The notes: generated by a model not told the origin, from the letters alone. Shown: positions 10,592 through 23,243, numbered from the stretch's first letter. The stretch is 64,000 nt of DNA from Antedon mediterranea (GCF_964355755.1 NC_092677.1:16018101-16082100), one strand, 5' to 3'. Numbers and translations: made by a program.

Positions 10592-12433
10592 TCTATATAT
10601 AAATTTACGTAAGGGCAAAATTCGGTAAATCGCGCCTTACTTCTAGAATTTTTACTTGATGGTATATAAAGTTGGTTCGTACTTTCGGTACTGATTTTAA
10701 CCACCTGATGTAACCCTGTTTACTAATTAAATTAAGTTAGATAATTAGTTATTGACGATTAAAACGAATTTAGGTTCAACGATTTGCCCCAAATAGGGGT
10801 GTTTTCCGATCGTGGTATACACTGTCTAATGGATGTCCATCTTGAAAAATACCCGCCACAAAAATGCTAGGAGGCTTCGCATTTTCCTATCTCCTCCTAC
10901 GATAATTGTTTTTAATAGCTAAAATGTCTGGCCAACTAAAAGGTAATAAAAGGGACAACCACATTTATAAAGACATTTCTAAAAAAATAAAGCAGGAGTA
11001 TGGAATAGACTTGTCTCCAAAGCAAGTAAACTCAAAGCTGAAGAGCCTGCGAAAGTAGTACAACATTGTAAAATACAATAACTCGGGGAGGGAACGAATT
11101 AATTGTCCCCATTACGATGTTTTCTGTGCTCTCACAACATCACATATCACTAGGGCTAGGCTGTTGAAAGTGAGACGTAAAATTTCCTTTATTGCGACTT
11201 TTAATTATCGATCAAATAAATGAATGGCAATTTGGGTAAAAAAGATGAAATTTAACACGACCACCCAAGAAGTATTGTTAGCAGAAACGGGGGATAAAAA
11301 ATACGGTATAAAAAATACCGTATTTTATACCGTATTTTTATACCGTATTTTGAGCAGTTGCAGCAGAAACAGGCCCTAAGAAACAATTGAAAACCATTAG
11401 GCCTACTAATTAAGTCGAGTTAGATAATTTAATACTTATTGACGATTAAATCGAATTTATGATTTTCCCCGAATAGAGGTGGTTTTCATTAAACTTAGTG
11501 GAAGGATGAAATATATGGGCAAGAACTTGAGACTCAGATCTAGATCTCAGAGACCGCTTAGGAACATAAGGTTGAATAAGTTCAATTAATATTTCGTTAC
11601 TAAATGGATAAAGAATATATCGCCGTATATTATGTACAAATCGTTATTATTGCAGTTAAACCACCCACATCATCACCCTTCCATCACTGGCATGAGTAGC
11701 GTTGTAAAGCCAGTAGAGGATAGGCCTACGGTGCATCACATGCCCTAAACGCAGAACAACTTTGGTGGGTAGGGTAGGAACCAACTTAAAGTATGAATTG
11801 GCTCTAAGAAACAATTGAAAACCATTAGGCCTACTAATTAAGTTGAGTTAGATAATTTAATATTATTGACGATTAAATCGAATTTATGATTTGCCCCGAA
11901 TAGAGGTGGTTTTCACAAATTGTTTTACATTATATAAACATATACACGTCGTATTGATGTATCGTTACATATACTGTACAGTTTCAATCGACTAGGACGG
12001 TGATAGTTTCAACAAAGTATTACATCGCAATGTTTTACTGGTTTAGTGGTATATTATTTGTAAAACATGAAAACAATTAATATTTCGTTACTAAATGGAT
12101 AAAGAATATATTTAAAAATTGTTCCTCTTTGCACCCATCCTCTTCCCCATCCCTCAACCCTAATGTTACATACAAAACACAAATTATTAAGTTTGTTTAA
12201 ATTTGACTTAAACAATTGCTCTCATTTTGTGACAAGCTTCTCTTTCGGAAGTAATTCCCATGGTGCTAATTTTAGTTGAGTACATAAATCACAGTGTCTA
12301 TTTATTCGTTCCTGTACAGCCTGCGGTACGTACATTTGAAATCGCCAGTTTTTTAAGCTGAAATTATTATGTATTCGAGCACCATCTGTGGGCACGACCT
12401 ATGGTACGCGAGCGAAGCGAGCGTACCATCTAG
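10592..12433 (+). mobile_element. Non-autonomous Helitron, copy 2 (head-to-tail with copy 1), rearranged
   Basis: Begins TCTATATATAAATTTACG 2 bp after the CTAG of copy 1 and has the same 3' terminus at 12433. Segments 10592-10915 and 11620-12433 are near-identical to copy 1. Confidence 0.75.
10915..11376 (+). mobile_element. Truncated Harbinger-type element with Myb/SANT-like fragment, nested in Helitron copy 2
   Basis: Reverse-complement match to 61008-61450. TIR end GCAGCAGAAACAGGCCC|TA; premature TAG in the Myb-like frame. Confidence 0.75.
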
Positions 12434-12696
12434 TAGTAATAATTATTCCAATCGACTTGATATTTTGCGATTCAAGTTGGTATTCTAAGGAATTATAATT
12501 ACCCTAACGGGAGTTGGTGAACGTCCAGTGCCCTAGTTTTTACGGGGTTAATATGATGTCGATGTCGATGGTTCTACTTTTTTATCGATGAAAGCTGCCC
12601 GGGTGGTTGCAGCCATTTTCAACAGCTGGTATTACACTATTCAATGCTGAAAATTGTCCAGTGGACACTTTCAAACACCGGACACATTTAAATCTT

Positions 12697-13297
12697 ACAC
12701 CGGCAAATTGACAAAACTGACGAAGTATAGATTCAGGATTTTCAAGCAGATCATCAGCATCCATAATAAAAGGCTTCGGCTCGATTCCTGTTTTTATCAG
12801 ATGCTCATACAACAACAAACTTTCTCGAAATGCGTAAATAGGCGTAAAAATATCTGAACTGTTTTCGATATCTAGCCTACACTCTTCTATGTTCATCCTA
12901 GAATGTGCATCTTTCATAGATACGAATACTCTTTCTGGCTTGCGAATTAAAAATGCACGTCGATAGTCTTTTGGTGCATATCTAATTTTTTAGTAACTGC
13001 AAAACAGATATCTTTTACAAAAACTGCTTTTTTATCTGGATATTCTGCCTCCAGTATATTTTCTTTAATATACTTATAAGAACAGACATGTGATTCCCAT
13101 GTTTTCTCACAATTAGTATATAAATCGCATGTTGTCTCTTTTATGTTCCTTTCCACTCTTGTGACAATCAGCCCTTTACTGTCAGGGCCTACAAGGAAAG
13201 CAGCACTGAGATACGGCTGGTTGTTAATTGTACATCTTCTAGATTGCTCATAGAAACTACGTGGAACAGCCCAAAGACAAATACGTACTTGCGACAT
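12697..13297 (-). pseudogene. Sulfotransferase-like pseudogene, copy 4 (frameshifted, 3'-truncated)
   Basis: Split ORFs 12947-13348 and 12582-12917 match the intact protein (MSQVRICLWAVPRS, NQPY, ENILEAEYPDKK, DADDLLENPESILRQFCQFAG). Upstream region 13437-13580 is shared with 870-1000. Confidence 0.9.
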
Positions 13298-13659
13298 TGT
13301 ATGCCTATAAATACGATCTGAAATGAAGTGTTTGTAATCAAACGGCATTAAATTAAATATTTTAAAACACTCTTTTCACTTGTAATAAATTGATAACTTG
13401 CAGTTAATAAAAAAACAAAAACAAAAACAATAATAATAGGGAAAACAGAGAAATAATTTTTAAGAATTGTCCGAAACCTCATTTAAGTTTATTACAATTG
13501 TATATTGTGCCATTGGATCATTCCACGCCAAAATTACTGGTGGTACACATTAATGATGGTACGGGTCACGACCCGGATTTTGTCATTTTGTAAAATGTAA
13601 AATTAAGGTCGAATTAATGGAATTATGAATAGGCGCATAGTGGAGGTCCTCCATAATAA

Positions 13660-14355
13660 CAGACTTTCTCGGAATGCGTAAAGATTCCGATATTCAGCCT
13701 AGGGTCTTCCATTCTATTCATCCTTACATGTGCATTCTTTATTGAACTGAAAACTCTCTCTGACCTGCGAATTACAAATGATTGTCGATAGCCATTTGTA
13801 GCATGTCTAGTTGCTTGATAATTGCATGAGACATATCTTTTACTAAAGCCACTTTTTTGTATGGATATTCTCCTTCCAATATGTTTTCTTTAATATATTT
13901 ATAGAAACAGGGTTCTGAATCTCATGTCTCCTCACAATATATAGCTAAATCGCCTGTTGTTTCTTTTAAGTTCTTTTATTAATAATAATATCCTGGATTT
14001 ATATAGCGCCTAATGTTGTTAAACCTCCAAGCACTGAACATTATTACCCCAATATTTTTTTGGGCGCAAAAGTCTTGATCTAACCGGGTTCCCATTTATA
14101 CACATGGGTTGAGAGGCAAACGTAAGTAAAGTATCTTGCCTAAGGATACAAGCAATCCGTTGATAGTTGGATTCGAACCTCGATCTCACGATCAGTAGTC
14201 GAACGTCCAAGCCACACTGCGTACGCTCATTATCAGGGACTATAAGTAAGGTACTGATATACGGCTGGTTGATATTTTGTACATCTTCTAGATAGCCCAT
14301 ACATATAGCAAACGCTAAAATGGATGGCCCAAAGACAAATACGTACTTGAGGCAT
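13660..14355 (-). pseudogene. Sulfotransferase-like pseudogene, copy 5, interrupted by a SINE
   Basis: MPQVRICLWA and LEDVQNINQPY at 14230-14355, resuming at 13660-13975 with homology to 4180-4505; deletions and frameshifts present. Confidence 0.85.
13977..14222 (-). mobile_element. tRNA-derived SINE with L2-like 3' tail
   Basis: Minus strand has B box GGTTCGAATCC, core CTTAGGCAAGATACTTTAC and tail GGCGCTATATAAATCCAGGATATTATTATT. Confidence 0.75.
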
Positions 14356-15676
14356 TGTATACGATCTGAACATAAATGAATGAATCTATATAAAATGTAA
14401 ATTTAAACAAATGCAAAAATCACCCGTCAACTTACCTTCAAAATGATGAACTCAAAGACTGGGACTAAGATGTGAATGCTGACATTTTTATCTATGCTAT
14501 AGCTTACTGAATGATAGTGTGAAATTTACATTAATGTTAATAACATCGATCGGCTTTTTTTTTATTTCACAAACTAATCAAAAAAGATCATTAGGCCTAA
14601 TATAAATTATATATTCAATCGGTGATTGACTGATGATTGCAAACACACATTTCTCTCTTGTTCTCTGAAAAGTATGACTACATTTTAATAATTTTTAATT
14701 TATTTGTATATTATAGAAAAAGTTATACACAAACTGCTTCACTATTTTCGTACTTTAAATATCTTAAACGGTATTCAGTTTCATTTTCTAAAATATCTGA
14801 AACAAGTAAGCCATAATATAGAGGATAATTCTGTAATTCAGGTAATGGTATCCATAGAAAGAACAATAGATCAATATTTGTAAGGTATATCAGAATAATA
14901 TAAAATCAGTTAATGAGTTTAACCCATCTATTGAGTATCAGTAGGTCTACTAACACGTACGAGTGCCCACCCGATTCTGCTACTGTCAATAGGTATGTAT
15001 CTGTATAACTATCAGCAAGTGTATGCTGTCTGCATAAATGCTGTACTTTTAACATACATATATTATAGAGTATTATAGAGGGTGCTATATAGAGTAAATA
15101 CAAACGTACATCCACCATATTAAGATATTACTTTTAGTTATTTATAGGCCTATATATATCTTATTACTCCATGCTTTCATATTAATAGTTAAATAACGGT
15201 TTTACTCTTTATCATCCAAAATAAACATTTGCTGTGAAAATCCGGAATCTTTGTGTGACGTCAGCCATTATTAGTCTCATTTCGCCAGACTATATTTTCG
15301 TGTATTTGACAAAATTCTCTAAGCTAGCGTGTTAAAAATATCGCGTCCTGGTGCATTCTGGGCCACCCAATAAAATATCTATTAATTTACTTAACAGCTA
15401 ATTATAGAATGCAACATTTCTTTCATTTGCCTAGTGTGGTTAAAAATTCAATTCATGTCTTTTGAAGCGCTTTACAATAAAAAAAAAAACAATTGGTCAG
15501 ATGTTTTACCCTAATCTGACGTAATGTGTACTTCATACAAAGTACATTTGAGAATACTTAAGTAAGTAATTCTCGGGTGGGAAAAATAAACCAAAACAAA
15601 TTATCAATCCATTTTCCAGTAGAGCAATTCGAATAGAATAGATGTAAAATCAAATGGTTTGATTGATGAACTTGAG

Positions 15677-17425
15677 TTATGGTGACTGGGTACATTCACA
15701 GTATCCAACAACTGAAAATAAAACATTGATGATTTCATAAATGAAACTTAATTTATATTAAGCATGGCCATTTACACATAGACGCTAATATAGATTATTA
15801 TACGGTATGTAGGCCTAGTATTAGACATGACTCTACACTTTCAATTAAAGAAGTCAACTAAATTATCCAGCATGTCAAAAAACAAACAAAAAACGAACAT
15901 TAATAATGTGTATTCTGTTTTAAAAAATGAAAATAAACAATATTTAAATAATAAATAAAATATAAACAGAATTTTAATTACCTCTCTTACAAGTCGGGCC
16001 AAGGAAGCCATGAGGACACTCGCATGCACTAGACTCGTCTGTATCAACACATGTACCGCCATTTAAGCATCCATAACCGCATCCACCTAAAAATGTACCA
16101 TACAATTTTAATTTTGAAATATCTATTGTTGCTAATTTACAATGTATATAAAGTGATAATATGCTGTTAACAATTATTACAGTGAAAATTGCAAAATCAC
16201 AATTATAATTATATCTCCACAACCGCTGCCTTCGTGAAACAAAATCGAGGGCTCATAAAAGTCATATTTTATCTCGTTTGTTTGATATATTTTTCATAAC
16301 CACGCATATGACTTACGCTTATAATAATTTTTAATTCAAATTGTTTTAAGCGTTTCATAAAATTCCCATGGATGCGTAAATTTTGAGTAGGAAGAACGAT
16401 CGATTGCTTGATGAAATTATCTCGAGAAGTTTCCATGCAAATTGATTAATTAATTAGAAATAAAAAATAAACTCTGGTTAATAAGTTAAGTTTCCCACTG
16501 CTTTCATTCATTATGTTAAACTACTTAAGGAAAACTGATGAAATGAGAAACATCTTCAAATTTTGATTCGAAAGAACGTTAGACAATTATAATCCATCAA
16601 TGATTCTTAATGAAATCCTTACTTTCTGTAGTATTCTTAATAAGAATACTACAGAAAGTAAGGATTTCATTAAGAATCATTGATGGATCATGTACCTTGT
16701 GGACCGATAACATCTGCTTTGATGGAGTATCTTCGGAAACCAGATCTGCTAGTGACAATTACATCACCAACCAAGCCTGTATTGCCAGCAATCCATCTGA
16801 CAAGGGTAGATCCTCCTTGACTATATGTTAATACGGGGGGATCTCCATTTGCCCATCCGATCACATCCCCTGCCTCAACTTCAATGCGCTCGTATATAGG
16901 TACTGTATAAGTAACTTCTGTTGCAGATGCTGGAGCTGGTATATCATTTACACCAACGATTCTATATTGCGTATCATCTATCTGTCTGAATACTATAGCT
17001 CGAAATCCATTTATATTTCTGCTTCTGTATGTCCAGCTCGTAATCTGACCACTACAGGTAAAGGATGTATCTGGTGATACCATTGTCCAACCATGAAAAC
17101 TGTCAACATTACTGTAATCAAGTATTGGCCAACCTGTACTGCAATTGGCAGGCATGTTACCTGTAATAATAAATCATAATAATAACAAATGACTCACTAT
17201 CATAAGTAATATAAATAATATAAAGATTATAATAATCGCGACACGATGATGAGATCCTCGATTATTGGGTTTAATAATATTTGGAAAAACACACTCGCAA
17301 TGACTCGCAATGAACTCTAAAAGCCTATCTACACTATCAAACTAGTTTGACAAAAAAAGTGTGATGTGCTCAAATATGGTAGTGATATACCGGTACCCAA
17401 GTATCATAGTATTATAGTATTATAA

Positions 17426-17479
<54 letters not shown>

Positions 17480-18583
17480 CAGTAGCAGTAGCAGTAGCAG
17501 TAGCAGTAGCAGTAGCAGTAGCAGTAGCAGTAGCAGTAGCAGTAGCAGTAGCAGTAGTAGTAGTATGGCATCATCATGTCCATATATGGCCACATCACAT
17601 TTTTTTGTCACATAAAGTTTGATAGTGTAGACAGGGCTTTAGCAAAACAGTTGTAAAACGACCCTGTAGACATCTCATCACCTATTCTTCACATTTCAAA
17701 GAAAAATAACAGCATAATTAGTATCCTCTTGTATTTCAAATCAATTTTTGATATCCAGGTTTGCTCTTTGACATCTATCTTACAAAAGTAGGGTTCCTTC
17801 AGTTTATAAATGATAACATTTATCATAAATTATTTAAAACATTGTCAAATGGTCAGATCAAGGACAATAATACCAGAATTGTCTTGGATTCTTACAAGAT
17901 ATTGACGAACTTTAATATTAACATAATGTTTTACTAAAAATGCACCACATAAAAAGGAGGGGGGATAGCAGTCATACTGACCAAAGTTGGAGCAAATCGG
18001 AGTTGTGTACAAACAGTAACGTTTTAAAATGTTGCCAGAAACAAGGAAGACGATTCTTACACGTAATCCTTGAGTTTGAATGCCATATTAAAATTCGTAT
18101 GAACACTACAAATAAATAATGGTAACCGCCCGAAATTGTCCAGGCCAGAATGCCCTTCTAAACTTTTTGCGTCCCGAGTCATTATCATTCCGAGAACCAT
18201 CGTCTACACTTCCTAGAGCGAAGCGAGCTCATCCTCTAGTAATAATAATTCACCTAAAATGTAATGTTGTTTTTCTGATTGTCATATACAACATTAATGC
18301 TCAGATTGTTTATAGTCGAAACTGATCCTGAAATATGGTATTTTTGTGAATCAAGATATTGTAAAGTATGGGGAGATATGGAGAGAGCGTCATACATTAT
18401 GAAAGAATTATGAAAGTGGTAAAACAGCTTAATTATTTTTTAAACTATAGATTTAATTAACCACAATAATATATAAAAATATATAACATTTATCACTGAC
18501 TCACCTGGAATAGCAGTAGTCTGGCATTTGCAATTTGCCCAAAGGCAGGTGAAAACTAATCCAACAAATAATAACTTGTCCAT
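15677..18583 (-). CDS. Small secreted protein (227 aa): signal peptide + uncharacterised ~150-aa domain + one EGF-like repeat
   Basis: Exons 18583-18505 (MDKLLFVGLVFTCLWANCKCQTTAIP), 17160-16696, 16086-15982 (CGYGCLNGGTC...CECPHGFLGPTC) and 15711-15677 (VVGYCECTQSP*). All introns are GT-AG and phase 1; total 684 nt in frame. Confidence 0.85.
17320..17640. mobile_element. Harbinger-like MITE containing a (TAG)n/(TAGCAG)n microsatellite (17425-17563)
   Basis: Long imperfect TIRs aagcctatctacactatcaaact... / ...agtttgatagtgtagacagggctt in a TWA context. A TIR fragment also occurs at ~56622. Confidence 0.7.
18100..18239 (+). mobile_element. Helitron 3'-end remnant
   Basis: cgagaaccat...ctagagcgaagcgagctcatcctCTAG|T resembles the termini at 10589 and 12433. 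Confidence 0.45.
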
Positions 18584-18769
18584 GATGTTTTCAAGTTTAT
18601 AATTTTATATGCAATATTTTCGTCGTGTTTGTTGAGGTAATAAAAGCCTACTACAAACATGGATAGCTATATAGTTGTAGTTACAAAGTGTCCGTAAAGA
18701 GAAAACTGTTAAAATATATATGATGGACGCCTATGCATCAATTCACATAAACAATTCCTCGATTACCAC

Positions 18770-19096
18770 ACAATTTAAGTAAGACCAGAATGCCAAACAG
18801 GATCAGCGTATTCAGTTAAGGGTCTGACATACCCAGTGTAAATAGTTAATAAGTCAACAATTGGCATTTTGAATCGCTTAAGTACTTTCAACATATAATT
18901 ATAATCTACCATTAGCTTTGCTAAGCACTTTAGTGATATGAGAGCTCCATTTAAGATCAGAACTAATGTTAACGCCTAAGATTGTAGTATTATTCACAAT
19001 GTGTAACGGCTGTCCATCAATGTTGACAACATGATTAAAATTTTCTCTAGAGAAATTTACACTCATAACTAAACATTTGCTAGGATTAAGTTTCAT
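18770..19096 (-). mobile_element. LINE (CR1-group) reverse transcriptase C-terminal fragment
   Basis: MKLNPSKCLVM...ILGVNISSDLKWSSHITKVLSKANGRL with a stop, followed by YTGYVRPLTEYA-like residues. Confidence 0.75.
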
Positions 19097-19103
19097 AATG
19101 AAT

Positions 19104-19592
19104 GAATGTGAAAGAGTCGCAATCCAATTGGGTTTGAACTACACCATGAAAGCCCCGTGGTCTAATGGTTAGGAAATCTGCATATCAAGCAGGAGGTCCG
19201 CGTTCGAATCTCGGTTGGGGCGACTATTTCTCATTCACACAGATTTCCTCATCGTATCGTTTCAAATTAATTAATACATTTTCGGTTTATCACTGGGCGG
19301 TTTAGATTTAATGTGTTTGCCTGTTGTGTTTATTGATGAGGGCGTATCAATTTGATCTCTGGTGCGCGTGCGTACAATTGTGGGACTAGTGCTGTTCCGC
19401 CGTACGACGCCGAGAATGTTAAAGAGTCGCTATTCAATCGAGTTTAAACTATACCTTGAAAAGCCCAGTGGTCTAATGGTTAGGACAACGGCATATCAAG
19501 CAGAGTTCGAGTCTCGGTTGGGGAGAGCTTCAAATTAATTCATTAAATTTCAGTATATCACCGGGTGGTTTAGAATTAATGTTGTTTGCCTA
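19104..19592 (+). repeat. Two tandem ~310-bp units, each with a tRNA-derived head (SINE-like)
   Basis: tRNA-like 19151-19223 (A box TGGTCTAATGG, B box GTTCGAATC, gcccc/ggggc stem) and a degenerate copy at ~19462-19525 with shared flanks. Confidence 0.6.
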
Positions 19593-19789
19593 TTATATAT
19601 TATATGGGTTAGGGTTAGGTTATATATAGTAAGAGTAACCAAACTTTTTTTTGTCGCTCATTTGACATTGTGGTCTATTGCAATAACTCTGAAATTTGCA
19701 ATCGAGTGATGACCAGCTAAATTAATATTTTTGGCTACAGGTTGATCTTTATTTCATTTCATACTCATCCAACAGCGAGTAACCCGCCA

Positions 19790-19995
19790 ATTACAGGATG
19801 GATAAACTATTTAATAATTTCACAAGACAAACATATACACAAGATGCTCTACATAAACAAAGACTTATTATTGAGTCTTTGGGAGTGGAGTTGTAAATTG
19901 TCATGAGAAAAAACCCTGACATATGACAGGACTTGAACCCAGGACCCTTAGATTGGTAGCCAAGCATCATAACCACCAAGCCACAGCTCCACTCC
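19790..19995 (-). mobile_element. tRNA-derived SINE-like element abutting the Penelope endonuclease region
   Basis: Minus strand TGGCTTGGTGG (A box) ... GGTTCAAGTCC (B box). Confidence 0.5.
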
Positions 19996-21390
19996 TTTAA
20001 TGTTTTGGTAGCTGATCTGTGTTGTTTCATTCTCATACGGAGCGTATTTTTTGTTTATTAATTTATTGTCTTATCCAAAAAATGCGGCCAGTTTGGTTAC
20101 TATTAAATTTTTCAGTAGAGCCAACCAATAAAAAGTTGTACAATATTTGCCGCAAAGGTGACTGCCCAAATTTTGGCTGTCATGAGAGTTAATTTCACTC
20201 TTAAATGTGTATCTTACTAATATATCACGAAGGTTGGGAGGTCTACGAAATCCAATAATGGGTGGTTCCGGAAAAACAGTTCTGACATGTTCTCAATAAT
20301 ATGTTTCTCAATAATAGCTCGTAATGAAGGCAACCGAGGGTGTGACCAATGGCTGAATGATGGTCGAATTTGGCTGACGTGGTTTGTACGTCAGTGTCTG
20401 ACCACGAGGAATATCTTTTGCTTTCTTTATAGCAGTTCCAATGTATTCCTTCTTGTAATTTCTATTCCGGAGATGTCCGGTTAGTTCTTCTGTACGATTC
20501 TGAAAATCTAAATCTGAAGAACAGATACGTCTGATACATAATGCTTGACTGTACGGTATGTTTTTGGTACAGTGTCGGGGATGTGTCTGTGGGTTTACGG
20601 AATAGGTCAGTTTTGAGTGTACCATTTTCTATTGTCAACGCTACTAGTGGATTTAGTAGCTGTAAGTTTGATAGTTGGGTGGACTGAATTAATATTCAGA
20701 AGAAATGAATCCAGATTATCTTCAGCATGTGTCAAGATCATGAAGATGTCGTCAATGTATCTAAACCAAACAAGTGGTTTATTAGGTTGGAGGGGCATAA
20801 AATTGGCCTCAGATTGTCCCATAAATAAATTTGCAAAAGATGGAGCCATTTTTGTGCCCATCGCTGTGCCATGAATTTGGAGGTAATGGTCATTGCCAAT
20901 AATACAATTGTTTTTGGTTAAATCAACATGAACAGTTCTCGTAAATCAGCTCTTAGTAGGCGCTTTTGCTGGAATTTGTTTGTAATTTGTGAGGGATATT
21001 AGTATACAACGATGAAACATCTAAGGTAGAACAGAACTATTAGGTAAATTTTGAATTTGGTTAATTTTGCGGATAAAGTCCGTGGAGTCCTGAATGTATG
21101 AAGGGAGATCAGTCACATAATATGTAAAATCATCCACATATTCGCAATTTCCGGGGTGGGATCTGTTGCAAGTTTATAATGAAGAGGATTGTTTAGCTGT
21201 CTTAAGGACTCCTCTTCGTAAAATTTGATGTCCATAGAGACAGTGGCAGAACCTTTATCAGCGGGTGTAATGATGATTTCATTATGCTGACGCAATTTTG
21301 CAATGGCCTGCCTCTCTTGTTTCGACAGATTGTTACGTTGATCAAAGATATGCTTTATATCTACTATACGTAAGGCTAAAGTATTCACTC
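19996..21390 (-). mobile_element. Penelope-like retroelement relic (RT + GIY-YIG), frameshifted
   Basis: Fragments ITPADKGSATV, GTAMGTKMAPSFANLFMG, WFRYIDDIF, HPRHCTKNIPYSQALCIRRICS and TLRMRMKQHRS. Confidence 0.9.
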
Positions 21391-22849
21391 AATTCAACCA
21401 TACGCTGGATTGTGCACATTCTTACCGAACATCATACAAGACATAACTAACGTGAAATGAAATTTTAGCCATTTGCATGTTATATATCTTGTTTATCTAC
21501 GAATTGTTTTGTTAATCGGTTTTTTCCCCTTTTAGCTTGTTAAGTTGTGTTATGGTATTTTGTTTGTGTTGTCTTTTTATTGTCTATAATAATTGACCTT
21601 GAAACGCCCTTGCGTGTAAGAAATTTAACTAACTATAATCTAGATATTGTTCACGTAAAGCATCCTTTCATTGGGTGATCTTATCCATCCGGGTTATAAA
21701 ATCAATACCGGTAAATCCTTCATAATTCGAAGCTTGATGTATTTTGTCCAGGATGATATGACTAAGTTATCCGCGTAGTTTATTTACGGCTAATGTACTA
21801 ATAAATACAATTTAAAGTCTTGCATACTCTAACAGGGCAAAACGATTTGAAAGTAGACCAAATGACTCACCGGTAAACTAAAAGTAAAAACGTGGCTAGA
21901 ACATAATTAGTATTTTATTTTGAAATACGTTTAAGATTATAATAACGCATTATTATATAACACCTAAATAAATTCATTTGATCGTTTAATAGTACTTTTT
22001 AAGCATTTTTGTGTACGAAAAAAAAAAACGTTTCGCGGATGAAAAAAAATCTAGTGTACAAATTACTGTGAAATACAACAGCGCCACCTGTTGTCTTGCC
22101 TGTTTTCCTTGTAAGCACCAATATGCAGCAGCAGATTTTGTGTACGATTTGGAGATATGTACTAATTTCATTCAAAAAGGCATTAAAATAGCTTTAGATC
22201 GTTTTTAGGATTTTGATTAATTAATGGGCATCCCTAAAAGACGTAGAATTGTTGGACAAACAACACAATTATTATTATTATTTTTACATCTCTATGTCAA
22301 CAATCACATAATTTTATAATCATGTATAGGCAATAGTTCGTATGTCAAGCGATATCTAAAAGAGTGTGTTGTTATTGTGTTAAGTAGCTTCTCCTAATCT
22401 CATAGTGTATATGGCCAACAGTGCTGGCCACCAGGCAAGGAGCACATGGTTAGTGCTCTCCTCTCCTCATATTGCTGTAATGCATGCATGGAAATAGGAA
22501 AGATTTTCCTATAGGCCTACCCAACATGATATTCCTGGTTCATTATCAGCCCAAAAAACTGAACATTATTTGGATTGATTTTATACACACAATAAGAAGG
22601 TATATATTTAAATAATATGAAATTAAAGTTACTTAAATAGACATAGGATAGCCCTACCCACACAGTGCATCGTAACTGAAACAATATGGGGATTTCCCTT
22701 TTCATTGAACGTTCAGTTGAAGTAGAGACTGATTACAATGTAATAAAGGCAATCAAACAAAATTAAATCATTTGATTCTAATAAATATGTCTAAAATATC
22801 GTTGTTTTATTATTAAAATACCATTGTTTTGATTGTAAAATGTTTAAAT

Positions 22850-22968
22850 TTCGGCCTAGAAATAAGTGCGCCTTATGCATCGACTACATAAAAAATACTA
22901 ATATTTCAGTCTCTGTTATGGGTGCGTCTTATACACAGGTGCGAAAGTTGTACACCGAAATATACGGT
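22850..22968 (+). mobile_element. pogo/Tigger-like DNA transposon 3' end remnant
   Basis: gtgcgccttat/gtgcgtcttata subrepeats ending tacaccgaaatatacgg|ta. Confidence 0.4.
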
Positions 22969-23069
22969 ACTACAGTATTTGTTTTTTAAGTTTATAGGAT
23001 AAGAAATTATTTAAGGGCCTAATATAATATACTTTTTTGCAACAATAAAGCTGTATTTCATAATCAGCC

Positions 23070-23243
23070 TGTACTACTAACTTCCATAATACTGTACTAT
23101 ATAATTTCTCTGCATAACTCAGATTTTAGTAGGTAAAAAATGTCTCTGTAAGCTTATTAAAACAACCGAAATTGCTCTGAGAGCCAAAGCTTCCAGGGGC
23201 CTTCGCCCCCTGGACCCTCTGATGCATTCTGGCTATGGGCCTG
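23070..23243 (-). mobile_element. Partial copy of the CAGGCCCGTAGC-terminated MITE at 57568-57954
   Basis: Reverse-complement match to 57568-57780, including TIR ctggctatgggcctg. Confidence 0.7.

Noticed and set aside
17404-17611. Poly-Leu and Tyr/Cys-repeat ORFs
   Set aside because: Translations of a (TAG)n/(TAGCAG)n microsatellite inside a MITE.
21390-21700. Hammerhead ribozyme expected near the Penelope 5' end
   Set aside because: No CTGANGA...GAAA core with supporting stems found by eye on either strand.
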